Below are positions 8,801 to 17,251 of a stretch of DNA of 32,000 bases, in pieces; within the stretch, counting starts at the first letter, position 1; each line of letters begins with the position of its first letter. A program made the position numbers and the translations under genes. The DNA is from Gemmata obscuriglobus. GTDB taxonomy: Bacteria; Planctomycetota; Planctomycetia; Gemmatales; Gemmataceae. The stretch is from the NCBI RefSeq assembly GCF_008065095.1, contig NZ_CP042911.1, positions 3,960,001 to 3,992,000 on the forward strand, given 5' to 3'. The notes under the pieces are model-generated. The model worked only from the letters and a program-made list of their open reading frames with translations, searched no databases and was not told where the DNA came from.

Positions 8801-9387
8801 TTGTCCGGGTCCAGCCAGGCCTTCATGCTGTAGTCCTGCTGCCCGAACACGGTCACGTCGCCGACGCCCTCAATGCGCGCGATCTCGTCGCGCACCTGCA
8901 CCGTGGCGAAGTTCGACAGGTACAACTGGTCCCGCGAGTCGTCCGGCGAGAAGAGGTTGGCGATGAGCAGGATGTCGGGGGTGCGTTTGCGCACCACGAC
9001 GCCCTGGCGCTGCACCTCTTCGGGCAGCAGCGGCGTGGCCTGCTGGACGCGGTTCTGCACGAGCACCTGAGCCATGTTCAGGTCGGTGCCGAGGGCGAAC
9101 GTGACGGTGAGCGAGTAGGAACCGTCGTTCCCGGAGTTGGAAGACATGTACAGCATGCCCTCGACCCCGTTCACCTGCAACTCAATCGGGGCGGCGACGC
9201 TGTTGGACACCACCTGCGCGTTCGCGCCGGGGTACGTACACGACACCGTGACGGTGGGCGGCGCGACCTCGGGGTACTGCGCGATCGGCAGCCGAAACAG
9301 TGCCGCGAGCCCGAACAACAGAATGATGAGCGATATGACCCAGGCGAGCACCGGCCGGTCGATGAACACGCGCGCGAACATGGGCAC
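5818..9387 (-). CDS. RND (HAE1/AcrB-like) efflux transporter permease, about 1187-1189 aa
   Basis: N-terminus MFARVFIDRPVLAWVISLIILLFGLAALFRLPIAQYPEVAPPTVTV is the canonical AcrB-family opening. Also present: GIVVDDAIVVLENV (TM4 proton-relay Asp pair) and a duplicated porter/TM architecture. The listed start is GTG 9387; ATG 9381 (MFARVF...) is equally plausible. Confidence 0.95.
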   Translation of the reverse strand: MPMFARVFIDRPVLAWVISLIILLFGLAALFRLPIAQYPEVAPPTVTVSCTYPGANAQVVSNSVAAPIELQVNGVEGMLYMSSNSGNDGSYSLTVTFALGTDLNMAQVLVQNRVQQATPLLPEEVQRQGVVVRKRTPDILLIANLFSPDDSRDQLYLSNFATVQVRDEIARIEGVGDVTVFGQQDYSMKAWLDPDKLAANSLSASDVVNAMREQNVQVAAGRVGAEPATPGVAFQYTLNALGRLETVEQFRNIVVKSGATASSQAGSASTGGDSASATNGGMSAVPTSPTPAPPSDALLRPIVRLGDVARVELTARTQDITNTLDGKASVGLAIFALPGANALDVADRVKAKIEQLKKRFPPGVEVAVRYDTTPFIEQSVEEVYNTLFDATLLVAIVVLLFLQDWRAMILPMIDVPVSLVGTLAVMYVFGFSLNNLTLFGLVLAIGIVVDDAIVVLENVERWIAQGLNARDATLKAMSEITGPIIAITLVLSSVFLPSAFLGGVTGQFFRQFALTISVAMMISALNAMTLTPSRAAAIFRGREKTAHETTETLPRWGWALLIGYAGYRLLVALFGPLRLVPPQTPALALNPTSVKLWAQWIGAHALYMIPGAVVGWLVGPRANALLRRFYALFNRGFDKTAHGYTWAVRQLLRGALIVLAIYAGLLALTYTGFARTPTGYIPPQDQGYLLVSVQLPDAASAQRSRAVMQRIDDIVRAQPGVSNTLTVTGQSFVLGATGSNFGTMFVILEPFEARKGDISRNGFMILRDLNAKILREVQDAQVLILPPPPVRGLGSAGGYRIMVEDRGDLGPEGLQRETNALIREINQNPALGASFTVYRANVPQLFVDVDRVRCRQMGVPLADVFATLQVYLGGTYVNDFNRFGRNWQVTAQADAPYRMSADTIRNLRVRNDRGEMVPLGSVAKIQDVTGPVVIQRYNTFPAAAVNGNLAPGTSTGTGIQLVTEAAERSMSSQTGYEWTDISFLQNQEGSTAIYAFMGAVVLVYLVLAGLYNSWSLPFAIILVVPMCILSAIGGIYGFALLVPAVAPEINIFTQIGFVVLVGLACKNAILIVEFAEQQRHEGKGLREAILESVRLRLRPIVMTSFAFILGVVPLVLAEGAGAEMRRTLGIAVFSGMLGVTFFGLALTPVFYYLIERWLVGGETAKPPADAQTPPGAGGPNPPGAPAPAP

Positions 9388-9537
9388 TCGGAGTTATGAG
9401 GCAGGCGGGGTTCGTTTCGGGTGGTCGGCTCATTCCGCTTCACGGTGCGGCGCGTACGTCCGACCCCTTTCCCGCAAGGGAGAGGGCCAGACGCTCGCGT
9501 GCCGTCGACCGTTCCGCCCAGCTACGGGAACTCGCGG

Positions 9538-10779
9538 TCACTTCGACTTGGGCGGATCGGTCGCGCTCCCGCTCGCCCCGGGCGGCGCCCCTGGTCCCGC
9601 GTTGCCGGTTGGCGCACTGGGCTGGGCCGCCGGATCTGGTCGCGGCTTGATCTCACCGGGTTGGGGATCGATTTCCATATCCGGCTGAATGCGTGCCAGG
9701 CCGTTGATGATGACCCGATCCGCCGGCGCCAGCCCTTCGACGACCCGCAACCCCATCGACTGCGGCCCGAGCTTGACGTGCTTCACCGCGACGCGGTTGT
9801 TCGGGCCGACCACGTACACCACCCGCTCCGCCTGGTCGCTCTGAACCGCGTCGTCGGGGATCAGCGTCGCTTCCGTCGCGGTTTTCAGCGGGATGCGGCC
9901 GCGCACGAACAGACCGGGACGGAGCAGCCGCGGCGCCGGGTTCGGGAACGTGCCTCGAATCTGAAGGGTGCCGGTCGAAGGGCTCAGCTCGGAGCTGGCG
10001 AAGTCGATCGTGCCCTTGTGCGGGTAGCCGGTTTCGTCGCGCAACTGGATCTCGACCGGCGGGCCGGTGCCCGGTGCCGATGACACCCGCCCCTCGCGCT
10101 GCGCCCGCCGGAGGTACGCGAGCACCGTTTGCTCATCAACCGTGAAGTACGCGTAGGTCGGGTCTACAGTGGTCACCCGGGTCAGCACGGTGCCCGATCC
10201 GGTGCCGCCAGTGACCACGTTCCCCTCGTTCACGAAGATGCGGTCCACGCGCCCGTCGAAGGGGGCAACGATGGTGGTGTACGAGAGGTTCAGCTTCGCC
10301 TGTTCGACGTCCTTTTGGCTCTTCTCGACGTTGGCCTTCGACACGAGCAGGTTGGCCCGCGCCTGGTCGTACTCTTCCTTGCTGGCGGCTCCGGCCATAA
10401 GCGTCTTGTTGACCCGCGCCTCGTTCGCGGCCGCCTGCTCCCGCTGCGCCTCCGCGCTTTTGACCCCGGCTTCGGCCAGGCCGAGTGCGACCTGGAACGG
10501 CTCGGGGTCTATCTCGATCAGCCTCGCTCCGGCCTTGACCTCGGCCCCTTCCTGGAACAGCACCTTCTGAACGTATCCGTTCACCCGCGCACGAATGTCG
10601 GCCGTTTTGACCGCCGCCAGCGTGCCGGTCAGTTCCGTGAACTCGGTCACGGGACGCACGAGCGGGGCGGCGACGGTAACCTTGGGCGGCCCGACATCCT
10701 TGGACTGTGCGGGCGGCTTCTTGTTACACCCCAGCGCCGACAACCCGACAACGAGTGCGAACAGGGGCAACAGACGCAT
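9538..10779 (-). CDS. RND efflux periplasmic adaptor (membrane fusion protein), lipoprotein, 413 aa
   Basis: Signal peptide and lipobox MRLLPLFALVVGLSALGC. MFP features: a coiled-coil hairpin (AEAGVKSAEAQREQAAANEARV...) and YTTIVAPFDGRVDRIFVNEGNVV. Start moved from 10923 to ATG 10779, where the signal peptide begins. The gene lies directly upstream of the RND permease on the same strand. Confidence 0.9.
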   Translation of the reverse strand: MRLLPLFALVVGLSALGCNKKPPAQSKDVGPPKVTVAAPLVRPVTEFTELTGTLAAVKTADIRARVNGYVQKVLFQEGAEVKAGARLIEIDPEPFQVALGLAEAGVKSAEAQREQAAANEARVNKTLMAGAASKEEYDQARANLLVSKANVEKSQKDVEQAKLNLSYTTIVAPFDGRVDRIFVNEGNVVTGGTGSGTVLTRVTTVDPTYAYFTVDEQTVLAYLRRAQREGRVSSAPGTGPPVEIQLRDETGYPHKGTIDFASSELSPSTGTLQIRGTFPNPAPRLLRPGLFVRGRIPLKTATEATLIPDDAVQSDQAERVVYVVGPNNRVAVKHVKLGPQSMGLRVVEGLAPADRVIINGLARIQPDMEIDPQPGEIKPRPDPAAQPSAPTGNAGPGAPPGASGSATDPPKSK

Positions 10780-11147
10780 CTGCGTACTCCAATAACCACC
10801 CGGCTCCGGCGGTACGCCGTCCGACAGTAGCAGCGCGCGTGCCGAAAACCGAAACGGGTAACTCACGACGGGAATACCAGACGCGCCCACGAACTGAGCG
10901 TGATGGCGCGGCGTCGCGGGCATGGGGCCGGTCGCATCCGGCCACCCGCACCAATCAGCGGCAACAACGTTCGCGCGCGTGCCCGTGGCTTAATGATCCG
11001 ATTTCTGGCCGAATTTTGACTTCGCCTCAGTTCGATCGGCCGACTGGACTTCTGGCGGGGAGTGACTTACGGTTCAACCGGGAATTTTCATGGAACGCGC
11101 AGCCGGGACGGTCCGTCCGCCGACCGGGTTACAGGGCACCCCAAGCT

Positions 11148-14100
11148 ATGAACTGGCTCCGCGAGCCCGACGGCGAACCGCTGCCCGGATACCGGCTCCT
11201 CGAACCCATCGGCACCGGCGGGTTCGGCGAGGTGTGGAAGTGCATCGCCCCGGGGGGCATCCAGAAGGCAATCAAGTTCGTATACGGCAACCTCCACGCG
11301 CTCGACGGCGACGACGCCCGCGCGGTCCAGGAGATGAAGGCGCTCGAGCGCGTCAAGCAGGTGCGCCACCCGTTCGTGTGCCAGATCGACCGCATTGAGG
11401 ACGTCGGCGGCGAGCTGGTCATCGTGATGGAGCTGGCCGACCGCAACCTGCACGAGTGCCTGGTCGAGTACCAGGAGGCGGGCCGGCCCGGCGTCCCGCG
11501 CGACATCCTGCTCGGCTTCCTCGACGACGCGGCCGTCGGTCTGGACCACCTGATCGAAAAGCACAACCTCCAGCACCTGGACGTGAAGCCGCGCAACCTG
11601 TTCATGGTTGCGGACCGCGTGAAGGTGGCCGACTTCGGGCTCGTGAAGCAGCTCGAGCGGTCCAGCTCGTCGGGGCTGATGGGCGGCGTCACCCCCATTT
11701 ACGCCGCGCCGGAAACGTTCCAGAACAAGATCAGCAAGCACTCGGACCAGTACAGCCTCGCCATCGTGTACGTCGAGCTGCTGACCGGCAAGCGGCCGTT
11801 TCCGGGCAAGAACATCCGGCAGCTCGCGCTCCAGCACATGAGCGAACCGCCGGACCTGTCGATGCTGCCCGACGCGGACCGCCCGGTGGTCGCCCGCGCG
11901 CTGTCGAAGAACCCGGACGAGCGGTGGCCCAGTTGCACCGCGTTCGTCCGCGCGCTGGGCACCCGCGACCCGAACGGGAGCGGGTCCGGCAGCGGCGTCC
12001 GCGAGCCCGGGGCGTGGGCGAAGGCCGGCCGCACGGTCCACGACGTGGACCTCACCCCGCCGGCGGCGCCGCGGGGCGGGGGCGGGCGGGCGGCCGTACT
12101 CGACCGGCCCGCGCCCCAGTCGGCCGGGGCCGAGCCGGACTCGGATATCGACGAGGAGCACCTGCTCGGCGCCACCGCGCCGCAACGGGAGGTGGGGGTG
12201 CTGCGCCCCACCATCCTCATCGGGGTGGGCAGCTTCGGGCGGCGGGCGCTGCAGGAACTCCGGTGCCGGCTCACCGACCGCGTCGGCGACGTGGTCCAGG
12301 TGCCGTGCTTCCGGTTCCTGTACGTCGACTGCGACCCCGACGCGGTGACGAAGGCGGTCAGCGCCCCGCCGGACGTGGCGCTGGGCACCGACGAGGTGTT
12401 CCCGGTGCCGCTCCAGCCGGTCACTCAGTACCGGCGGCGCCAGCTCGAACAGATCCTGGACTGGCTGCCGCGGGAGAAGCTGTACGCGATCCCGCGGAGC
12501 CTCCACGCGGGCGGCTCGCGCGCCCTCGGCCGGCTCGCGTTCTGCGACAACTACCTCCGCTTCGTCACCCGCCTGCGGCGCGAGCTGCAGATCGCCACGC
12601 ACCCCGAGTCGCTGTCCCAGTCGTCCGACCAGACCGGGCTGCAGGTGCGGGACAACACGCCGCAGGTGTACGTGTTCGCCAGCGCCGCCGGCGGGTCCGG
12701 GGGCATGCTCATCGACCTGGGGTACGCGGTGCGCCGGGTGCTTGCCCGGGTCACCCCGGCCGAGACCCAGGTGACCGCGTTCGTGTACGCGTCCGCGCCC
12801 AACGACCCCAGCATGTCGGACCAGGAGCTGGCGAACCTGTACGCCGCCGTCACCGAGCTGAACCACTACGCCGACCCGGACGTGCAGTTCGTCGCGCACT
12901 ACGGCGGCCCGGAGGGGCCGAAGGTCGAGAGCCAGGGGCTCCCGTTCACCGCCACCTACCTGATGCCCATGCCGGAGCGCACGGCCGGCGCCTTCCGGGA
13001 CTGTCTGTCGCACCTCGCCGGGTACGTGTCGCACGACATGACCACCCCGCTGGGGCCGGCGCTGCAGCAGATGCGCACCCGGCCGGTCGGGTTCGACCGC
13101 AGCCCGTTCCGCTCGTTCGGCACCTACGGGGTCTGGTTCCCGCGCGGGCTGCTGCTCCGCGCCGCCGCGCAGAAGATCTGCGTGGGCCTGCTCCGGGAGT
13201 GGAAATCCGACGCCAACCCGCTCGACCCGACCTCCGTTCAGCACACGGTGAACCGTGCGACCGCCGACCCGCGGCTGAAGCCCGACGCGGTCCGCGGGCA
13301 GCTCGAGCAGGAGGCCGTGCGCGGCCAGGAGGGCGGCCCGGGCGACCAGATCGAGCGCTGGCTCAACGGGCTGGAGGCCCAGCTCAACTCGACCGGGCGG
13401 CGGCCGGACGCCGCGGCGTGGTCGCGCGCCGTGTGGGAGCAGGCCCGCGACCTCATCGGGCTGCGCCCGCCCGGCGAGCAGGACAGCTCTGTCCGCAGGA
13501 GCCGCACGTCGAAGGTGTGGGACGAGGCGGTGAAGCGCGTCGCCGAGATGTGGGGCAACGAGTTCGAGGCGGTGGTGCGGCCGCTGGAGGAGCTGCCCGG
13601 GCGCCGGCTCGGCGCGATCGGCTCGGCGCTGCGGCGGCTGGCGGTGGTGTGCGGCGAGTGGGCCACCGCCGCGGACGCCCGCACCCAGCAGCTCGAGGTG
13701 AAGTCCCGCCAAGTGCGGGCCGACGTGCAGGCCGCGCTCGATGTGTGCCAGGCGGGCAGCGGCACGTTCAGCTTCTTCGGCGGCCGGTCTGGTCGCAGCA
13801 TGCGGCACTTCCTGGACCAGCTCCGGGCGTTCACCCGAATCCGGCTCCAGGAGGACCTGGCGGACGCGACCGCCAAGTTCTACCGCGCGCTGCGCACGAA
13901 GGTGGACGAGCGGGTCAGTGAGCTGGGGTACTGCCGCACCCGGCTGGACGTGCTGCTCGCCACCCTGGAGTGCCCGATCGCGAACCTGCCTGTGTCCTCG
14001 GACACCCCCGTGGCGGCGATGTCCGAGGAAGCACTTCAGCAGACGCTGCATCCCACGAACACACTCAACGTGGTGCTGCCGTCGGGCGAGACGCATCTCG

Positions 14101-14681
14101 ACCGGTCCGCGCGGCGGGTTGTCAAGTCGATGAAGCCGGACGACGTGCTGCGGCTGGAGATCGCGCTCCAGAAGCTGGTGCTGGAGCCGCGCGGCGGGCT
14201 GACCGCGCTGTGCCTACTGAACGCCGACATGAGCCGCACCCTCGTGGCCCCCATCGTCGAGCAGACGACGGCGTTCCTGAGCGAGTTGCTGCCCGTCACG
14301 GACGTGACGGAGGTGGAAGTGTCCACGTCGCGGGCGCGGAAGGCGGACCTGCCGACGCGGATCCGCGACTACTATGCCCGCGCCGTCCCGCCGTGCGGCT
14401 CGGACGCGGGGGCGCAGTCGTTCGTGCTCGTTCCCGACAGCGAGTCCGGAAAGGCGTTCGCGGGGCTGGTCAAGAAGGCCGTCCCGAGCGCCCTGATGAT
14501 TCCGGTGAGCGGGTCCGCGACGGACCTGATGTTCTGCCGCGAGCGCACCAACCTGCTGCCGACGGAACTGGCCGAGTTGCTGGCCGTGTGCCAGCCGGCC
14601 TATTACCAGTCGCTGGCCGCACCACAAACCGCCCCGCACGCCCGCTTCGATGTGACCGAATGGCTGCCATTAAGCGAGTAG
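11148..14681 (+). CDS. Hanks-type Ser/Thr protein kinase fused to a tubulin/FtsZ-like (Tubulin_2-like) module and a long helical C-terminal region, 1177 aa
   Basis: Kinase motifs GTGGFGEVW, AIKFV, HLDVKPRN, ADFG and YAAPE lie in aa 15-270. Residues about 352-620 read ILIGVGSFGRRAL...FLYVDCD...HAGGSRALGRLAF...VFASAAGGSGGMLIDLG. Start set at ATG 11148 (MNWLREPDGEPLPGYRLLEPIG...). The ORF-track start at 10707 would overlap the divergent adaptor gene. Confidence 0.9.
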   Translation: MNWLREPDGEPLPGYRLLEPIGTGGFGEVWKCIAPGGIQKAIKFVYGNLHALDGDDARAVQEMKALERVKQVRHPFVCQIDRIEDVGGELVIVMELADRNLHECLVEYQEAGRPGVPRDILLGFLDDAAVGLDHLIEKHNLQHLDVKPRNLFMVADRVKVADFGLVKQLERSSSSGLMGGVTPIYAAPETFQNKISKHSDQYSLAIVYVELLTGKRPFPGKNIRQLALQHMSEPPDLSMLPDADRPVVARALSKNPDERWPSCTAFVRALGTRDPNGSGSGSGVREPGAWAKAGRTVHDVDLTPPAAPRGGGGRAAVLDRPAPQSAGAEPDSDIDEEHLLGATAPQREVGVLRPTILIGVGSFGRRALQELRCRLTDRVGDVVQVPCFRFLYVDCDPDAVTKAVSAPPDVALGTDEVFPVPLQPVTQYRRRQLEQILDWLPREKLYAIPRSLHAGGSRALGRLAFCDNYLRFVTRLRRELQIATHPESLSQSSDQTGLQVRDNTPQVYVFASAAGGSGGMLIDLGYAVRRVLARVTPAETQVTAFVYASAPNDPSMSDQELANLYAAVTELNHYADPDVQFVAHYGGPEGPKVESQGLPFTATYLMPMPERTAGAFRDCLSHLAGYVSHDMTTPLGPALQQMRTRPVGFDRSPFRSFGTYGVWFPRGLLLRAAAQKICVGLLREWKSDANPLDPTSVQHTVNRATADPRLKPDAVRGQLEQEAVRGQEGGPGDQIERWLNGLEAQLNSTGRRPDAAAWSRAVWEQARDLIGLRPPGEQDSSVRRSRTSKVWDEAVKRVAEMWGNEFEAVVRPLEELPGRRLGAIGSALRRLAVVCGEWATAADARTQQLEVKSRQVRADVQAALDVCQAGSGTFSFFGGRSGRSMRHFLDQLRAFTRIRLQEDLADATAKFYRALRTKVDERVSELGYCRTRLDVLLATLECPIANLPVSSDTPVAAMSEEALQQTLHPTNTLNVVLPSGETHLDRSARRVVKSMKPDDVLRLEIALQKLVLEPRGGLTALCLLNADMSRTLVAPIVEQTTAFLSELLPVTDVTEVEVSTSRARKADLPTRIRDYYARAVPPCGSDAGAQSFVLVPDSESGKAFAGLVKKAVPSALMIPVSGSATDLMFCRERTNLLPTELAELLAVCQPAYYQSLAAPQTAPHARFDVTEWLPLSE

Positions 14682-14687
14682 CCGAAG

Positions 14688-14825
14688 AGTCTCAGGTCCA
14701 CAAATCTTGTGTGGTCTCAGGTCCACAAGTCGCAAGTCCCAAGTCGGAGGCACTGATTGCGGCCTTCGACTTGGGACTTGCGACTTGTGGACCTGAGACC
14801 ACTCAAGATTTGTGGACCTGAGACT
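14688..14825. repeat. 138-bp near-perfect palindrome (63-nt arms, 12-nt loop) filling the spacer between the convergent kinase and ftsH genes; probable bidirectional terminator or REP-like element
   Basis: Arms 14688-14750 and 14763-14825 pair at 61 Watson-Crick positions, with one G-T (14747/14766) and one T-T mismatch (14710/14803). Each arm contains a 15-nt direct repeat GTCTCAGGTCCACAA (14689 and 14714) and three tandem heptamers CAAGTCG CAAGTCC CAAGTCG (14726-14746). It starts 6 nt after the kinase stop and ends 4 nt before the ftsH stop. Confidence 0.9.
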
Positions 14826-14829
14826 GCGA

Positions 14830-16911
14830 TCACGCTCCGCCGAACGCGAGGCCCGGTTTGGGCGGAACCTCTGGCGTGATGGTCGGTTCCGGCTGCGGCA
14901 CCGGCGCGGCGGCGACCGGTTTCGGCGTTTCCGGACGCAGGTCCGCCACGGACACGCCGTTCATCAGCTTCTCCACCTCCGCCCGGTCGATCTCCTCGTG
15001 CAGCAGCAGGGCGTCGGCCAGCAGGTCGAGCTTGTCGCGGTGCGTCTTCACCAGTTCCGTCGCCCGGTTCTCGGCGTCGCTGAGGATGCGCTGGATCTCC
15101 TCGTCGATCAGCCGCGCGGTGCCCTCGCTGTACGCCCGGGACTCCGTGATCTCCTTGCCCAGGAAGACGTGCTCCTCGCCCTGCTGGTGGTACACCGGGC
15201 CGACCCGGTCGCTCATGCCGAACTGGGTGACCATCACCCGGGCGACGCGGGTCGCCTGCTTGAGGTCGCCCACCGCCCCCGAGAGCGGCTCGCCGAGCAC
15301 CAGCTTATCCGCGGCCCGCCCGCCCATCGACATCACCAGCATCGCGCTCAGCTCGCTCTGCGAGTAGTCCACCCGCTCCTCGTCCTGCTGGAACATCGTC
15401 ACCCCGCCGGCGCGGCCGCGCGGGATGATGGACACCCGGTCCAGCGCCTGCATCCCGGACGGCATCAGGTATGCGCACAGGGCGTGCCCGGCCTCGTGGT
15501 ACGCGGTGCGCCGCTTCTCCTTATCCGAGTACGGCTCCTCGCGCTGGCTGCCGAGCCGGACGCGGTCCGCCGCGCGGTCGAAGTCGATCTGCTCGATCTT
15601 GTTGCGGCCCGCCCGCACAGCGAGCAGCGCCGCCTCGTTGCACAGGTTCTTCAGTTCGGCTCCGCTCATGCCCACCATGCTGCGGGCGATCCGCTCCAGG
15701 TCCGCCTTGTCCGACAGCGGCTTGTTCCGGGTGTGGACCTTCAGGATCTCGAGCCGGCCCTTCCACGACTGCCGGTCCACGGTGATGTGCCGGTCGAACC
15801 GGCCCGGGCGCAGGAGCGCGGCGTCGAGCACGTCCGGGCGGTTGGTCGCGGCCATCACGATGACCGTTTCCGACGGCTGGAACCCGTCCATCTCGCTCAG
15901 GATCTGGTTGAGCGTCTGCTCCCGCTCGTCGGACCCGCCCCCGTACCCGGCGCCGCGCATCCGGCCCACGGCGTCGATCTCGTCAATGAAGATGACGCAC
16001 GGCGAGTGCTCCTTCGCGGTGCGGAACATGTCCCGCACGCGCGACGCGCCCACCCCGACGAACATCTGGATGAACTCGCTGCCGCTGATGGCGAAGAACG
16101 GCACGTTGGCCTCGCCCGCGACGGCCTTGGCGAGCAGCGTCTTGCCGGTGCCCGGGGGGCCGACCAGCAGCACCCCCTTCGGCACGGTGGCGCCGACGCG
16201 GGTGAACTTCGCAGGGTCCTTGAGGTAGTCGACCATCTCGGTCAGCTCGCGCTTGGCCGACTCCATGCCGGCCACGTCCTCGAACGTGACCCGGCCCTTG
16301 CCCTTTTCGTACCGCTTCGCGGGGCTGCGGATGTAGTTGTTGATGAACCCGCCGCCCATCGGGTCGCGGAGCCGCGGCAGGAAGAACACCACGAACACCA
16401 TGACCAGGCCGAAGACGATGAGGAGCTGCAGCAGGAGCGGCCCGAGCCACGGGGTCGGCTCGTCGCGGCGGTTGATGACCACCCGCTCCGGTTCGGCCTG
16501 GCTGGGGGCGGCCTTCTTCAGTTCCTCGCGGTACTTCTGGTCCGCCTTCTCGATCTCGGCGGTGAGGGGGCGCTGGTCGTTCGAGTGCGGCAGGTTGACC
16601 GCGAACCGCCCGGTCTTGCCCAGCTCGAGCTTCTTGGCGGCGGCGGAATCCGGGTCCCGGACCTCGCCCTCGGCCCGGTCCGGCCCGAGCAGCGTGACCG
16701 ACTTCAGTTGCCCGGAGTCCATCAGGTCGCGGAACTTCGAGTAGTCGATCTCGCGCGCGTTGTTTTTGAACGCGATGAACGCGAACGCGATCACGCCGAG
16801 CACGACCAGTGCGATCCACCCGCCGGGCAAGAGCGGGTTAGCACGCCTCGTGCCGGGCTGCGACCCGCCGGGGCCGCTGCTGTTCGGGGTCGGGTCGTTC
16901 GGCTCGGCCAT
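14830..16911 (-). CDS. ftsH: ATP-dependent zinc metalloprotease FtsH, 693 aa
   Basis: N-terminal TM segments; Walker [19 protein letters not shown]; Walker [12 protein letters not shown]; second region of homology [20 protein letters not shown]; zinc site HEAGHAL. Confidence 0.97.
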   Translation of the reverse strand: MAEPNDPTPNSSGPGGSQPGTRRANPLLPGGWIALVVLGVIAFAFIAFKNNAREIDYSKFRDLMDSGQLKSVTLLGPDRAEGEVRDPDSAAAKKLELGKTGRFAVNLPHSNDQRPLTAEIEKADQKYREELKKAAPSQAEPERVVINRRDEPTPWLGPLLLQLLIVFGLVMVFVVFFLPRLRDPMGGGFINNYIRSPAKRYEKGKGRVTFEDVAGMESAKRELTEMVDYLKDPAKFTRVGATVPKGVLLVGPPGTGKTLLAKAVAGEANVPFFAISGSEFIQMFVGVGASRVRDMFRTAKEHSPCVIFIDEIDAVGRMRGAGYGGGSDEREQTLNQILSEMDGFQPSETVIVMAATNRPDVLDAALLRPGRFDRHITVDRQSWKGRLEILKVHTRNKPLSDKADLERIARSMVGMSGAELKNLCNEAALLAVRAGRNKIEQIDFDRAADRVRLGSQREEPYSDKEKRRTAYHEAGHALCAYLMPSGMQALDRVSIIPRGRAGGVTMFQQDEERVDYSQSELSAMLVMSMGGRAADKLVLGEPLSGAVGDLKQATRVARVMVTQFGMSDRVGPVYHQQGEEHVFLGKEITESRAYSEGTARLIDEEIQRILSDAENRATELVKTHRDKLDLLADALLLHEEIDRAEVEKLMNGVSVADLRPETPKPVAAAPVPQPEPTITPEVPPKPGLAFGGA

Positions 16912-17211
16912 CGTATGCCCTCAAGCGCGAGAGGAGAGCCCGCGCGGCGCGGTTCGGAATGTGAGGTATTGTACGGCGGATCGTGAGGGGAAGTGAACTC
17001 TTCGCGCCAAACCTCGTTCGGCGCGGAACACCCCGTGTGGCCACACTCAGGCCATACGTGAGAAATTACGTTATCCGACCTAACGACACAATTAGAGCAG
17101 GCGAGTAGTAGTTGCAATTACCCGTAGAAGCTGCTGACCTTTTCTTCCGATCGAGTCACTTGCCGCTCCCACCAGATCCAAATTGACGGTTCGGGATCGT
17201 GGCACTGGGCT

Positions 17212-17242
17212 CCGGTCGTGGCGCTATGAACGCCACGACCGG
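17212..17242 (-). terminator. Hairpin 9 nt downstream of the tex stop: 12-bp stem CCGGTCGTGGCG / CGCCACGACCGG with a 7-nt loop
   Basis: Perfect 12-bp inverted repeat read from the sequence, located just 3' of the tex stop codon (17252-17254) on the minus strand. No U-tract follows. Confidence 0.4.
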
Positions 17243-17251
17243 GTGTGGCCG

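Noticed and set aside
9538-10923. Longer N-termini offered by the ORF track for the adaptor (start 10923) and the kinase (start 10707)
   Set aside because: The extensions are R/P/A-rich, precede a clear lipoprotein signal peptide or the canonical kinase N-terminus, and would make the two divergent genes overlap by more than 200 nt.
11088-14096. 1002-aa minus-strand ORF and the 821-aa plus-strand alternate-frame ORF (11456..13921) across the kinase gene
   Set aside because: Both are extreme in Arg/Gly/Pro/Ala and lack motifs. The kinase frame carries the complete set of Hanks motifs and a normal composition.
14688-14825. MITE or IS remnant explanation for the long palindromes, including 28984-29265
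   Set aside because: No target-site duplication is visible at either flank, and there is no transposase remnant. The idea is not excluded, and a genome-wide copy count would decide it. It is therefore kept as an alternative inside the findings rather than called a mobile element.
14812-16986. 724-aa plus-strand ORF antisense to ftsH, plus several nested ORFs
   Set aside because: FtsH motifs on the minus strand are unambiguous, and the antisense product is an R/L/H/G/P-rich shadow.
16791-17117. 108-aa minus-strand ORF spanning the ftsH start region
   Set aside because: It overlaps the ftsH N-terminus in another frame, has a C/S/R/P-rich composition and has no RBS. The lower-GC stretch 17040-17160 is more likely the ftsH promoter/5' UTR region. 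A TTGCAA (17112-17117) / TCTAAT (17091-17096 on the minus strand) pair exists there, but it is too weak to call.
17186-17200. tRNA T-arm-like string ACGGTTCGGGATCGT
   Set aside because: The flanks do not form a T-stem, and no acceptor, D or anticodon arms can be drawn. This is not a tRNA.
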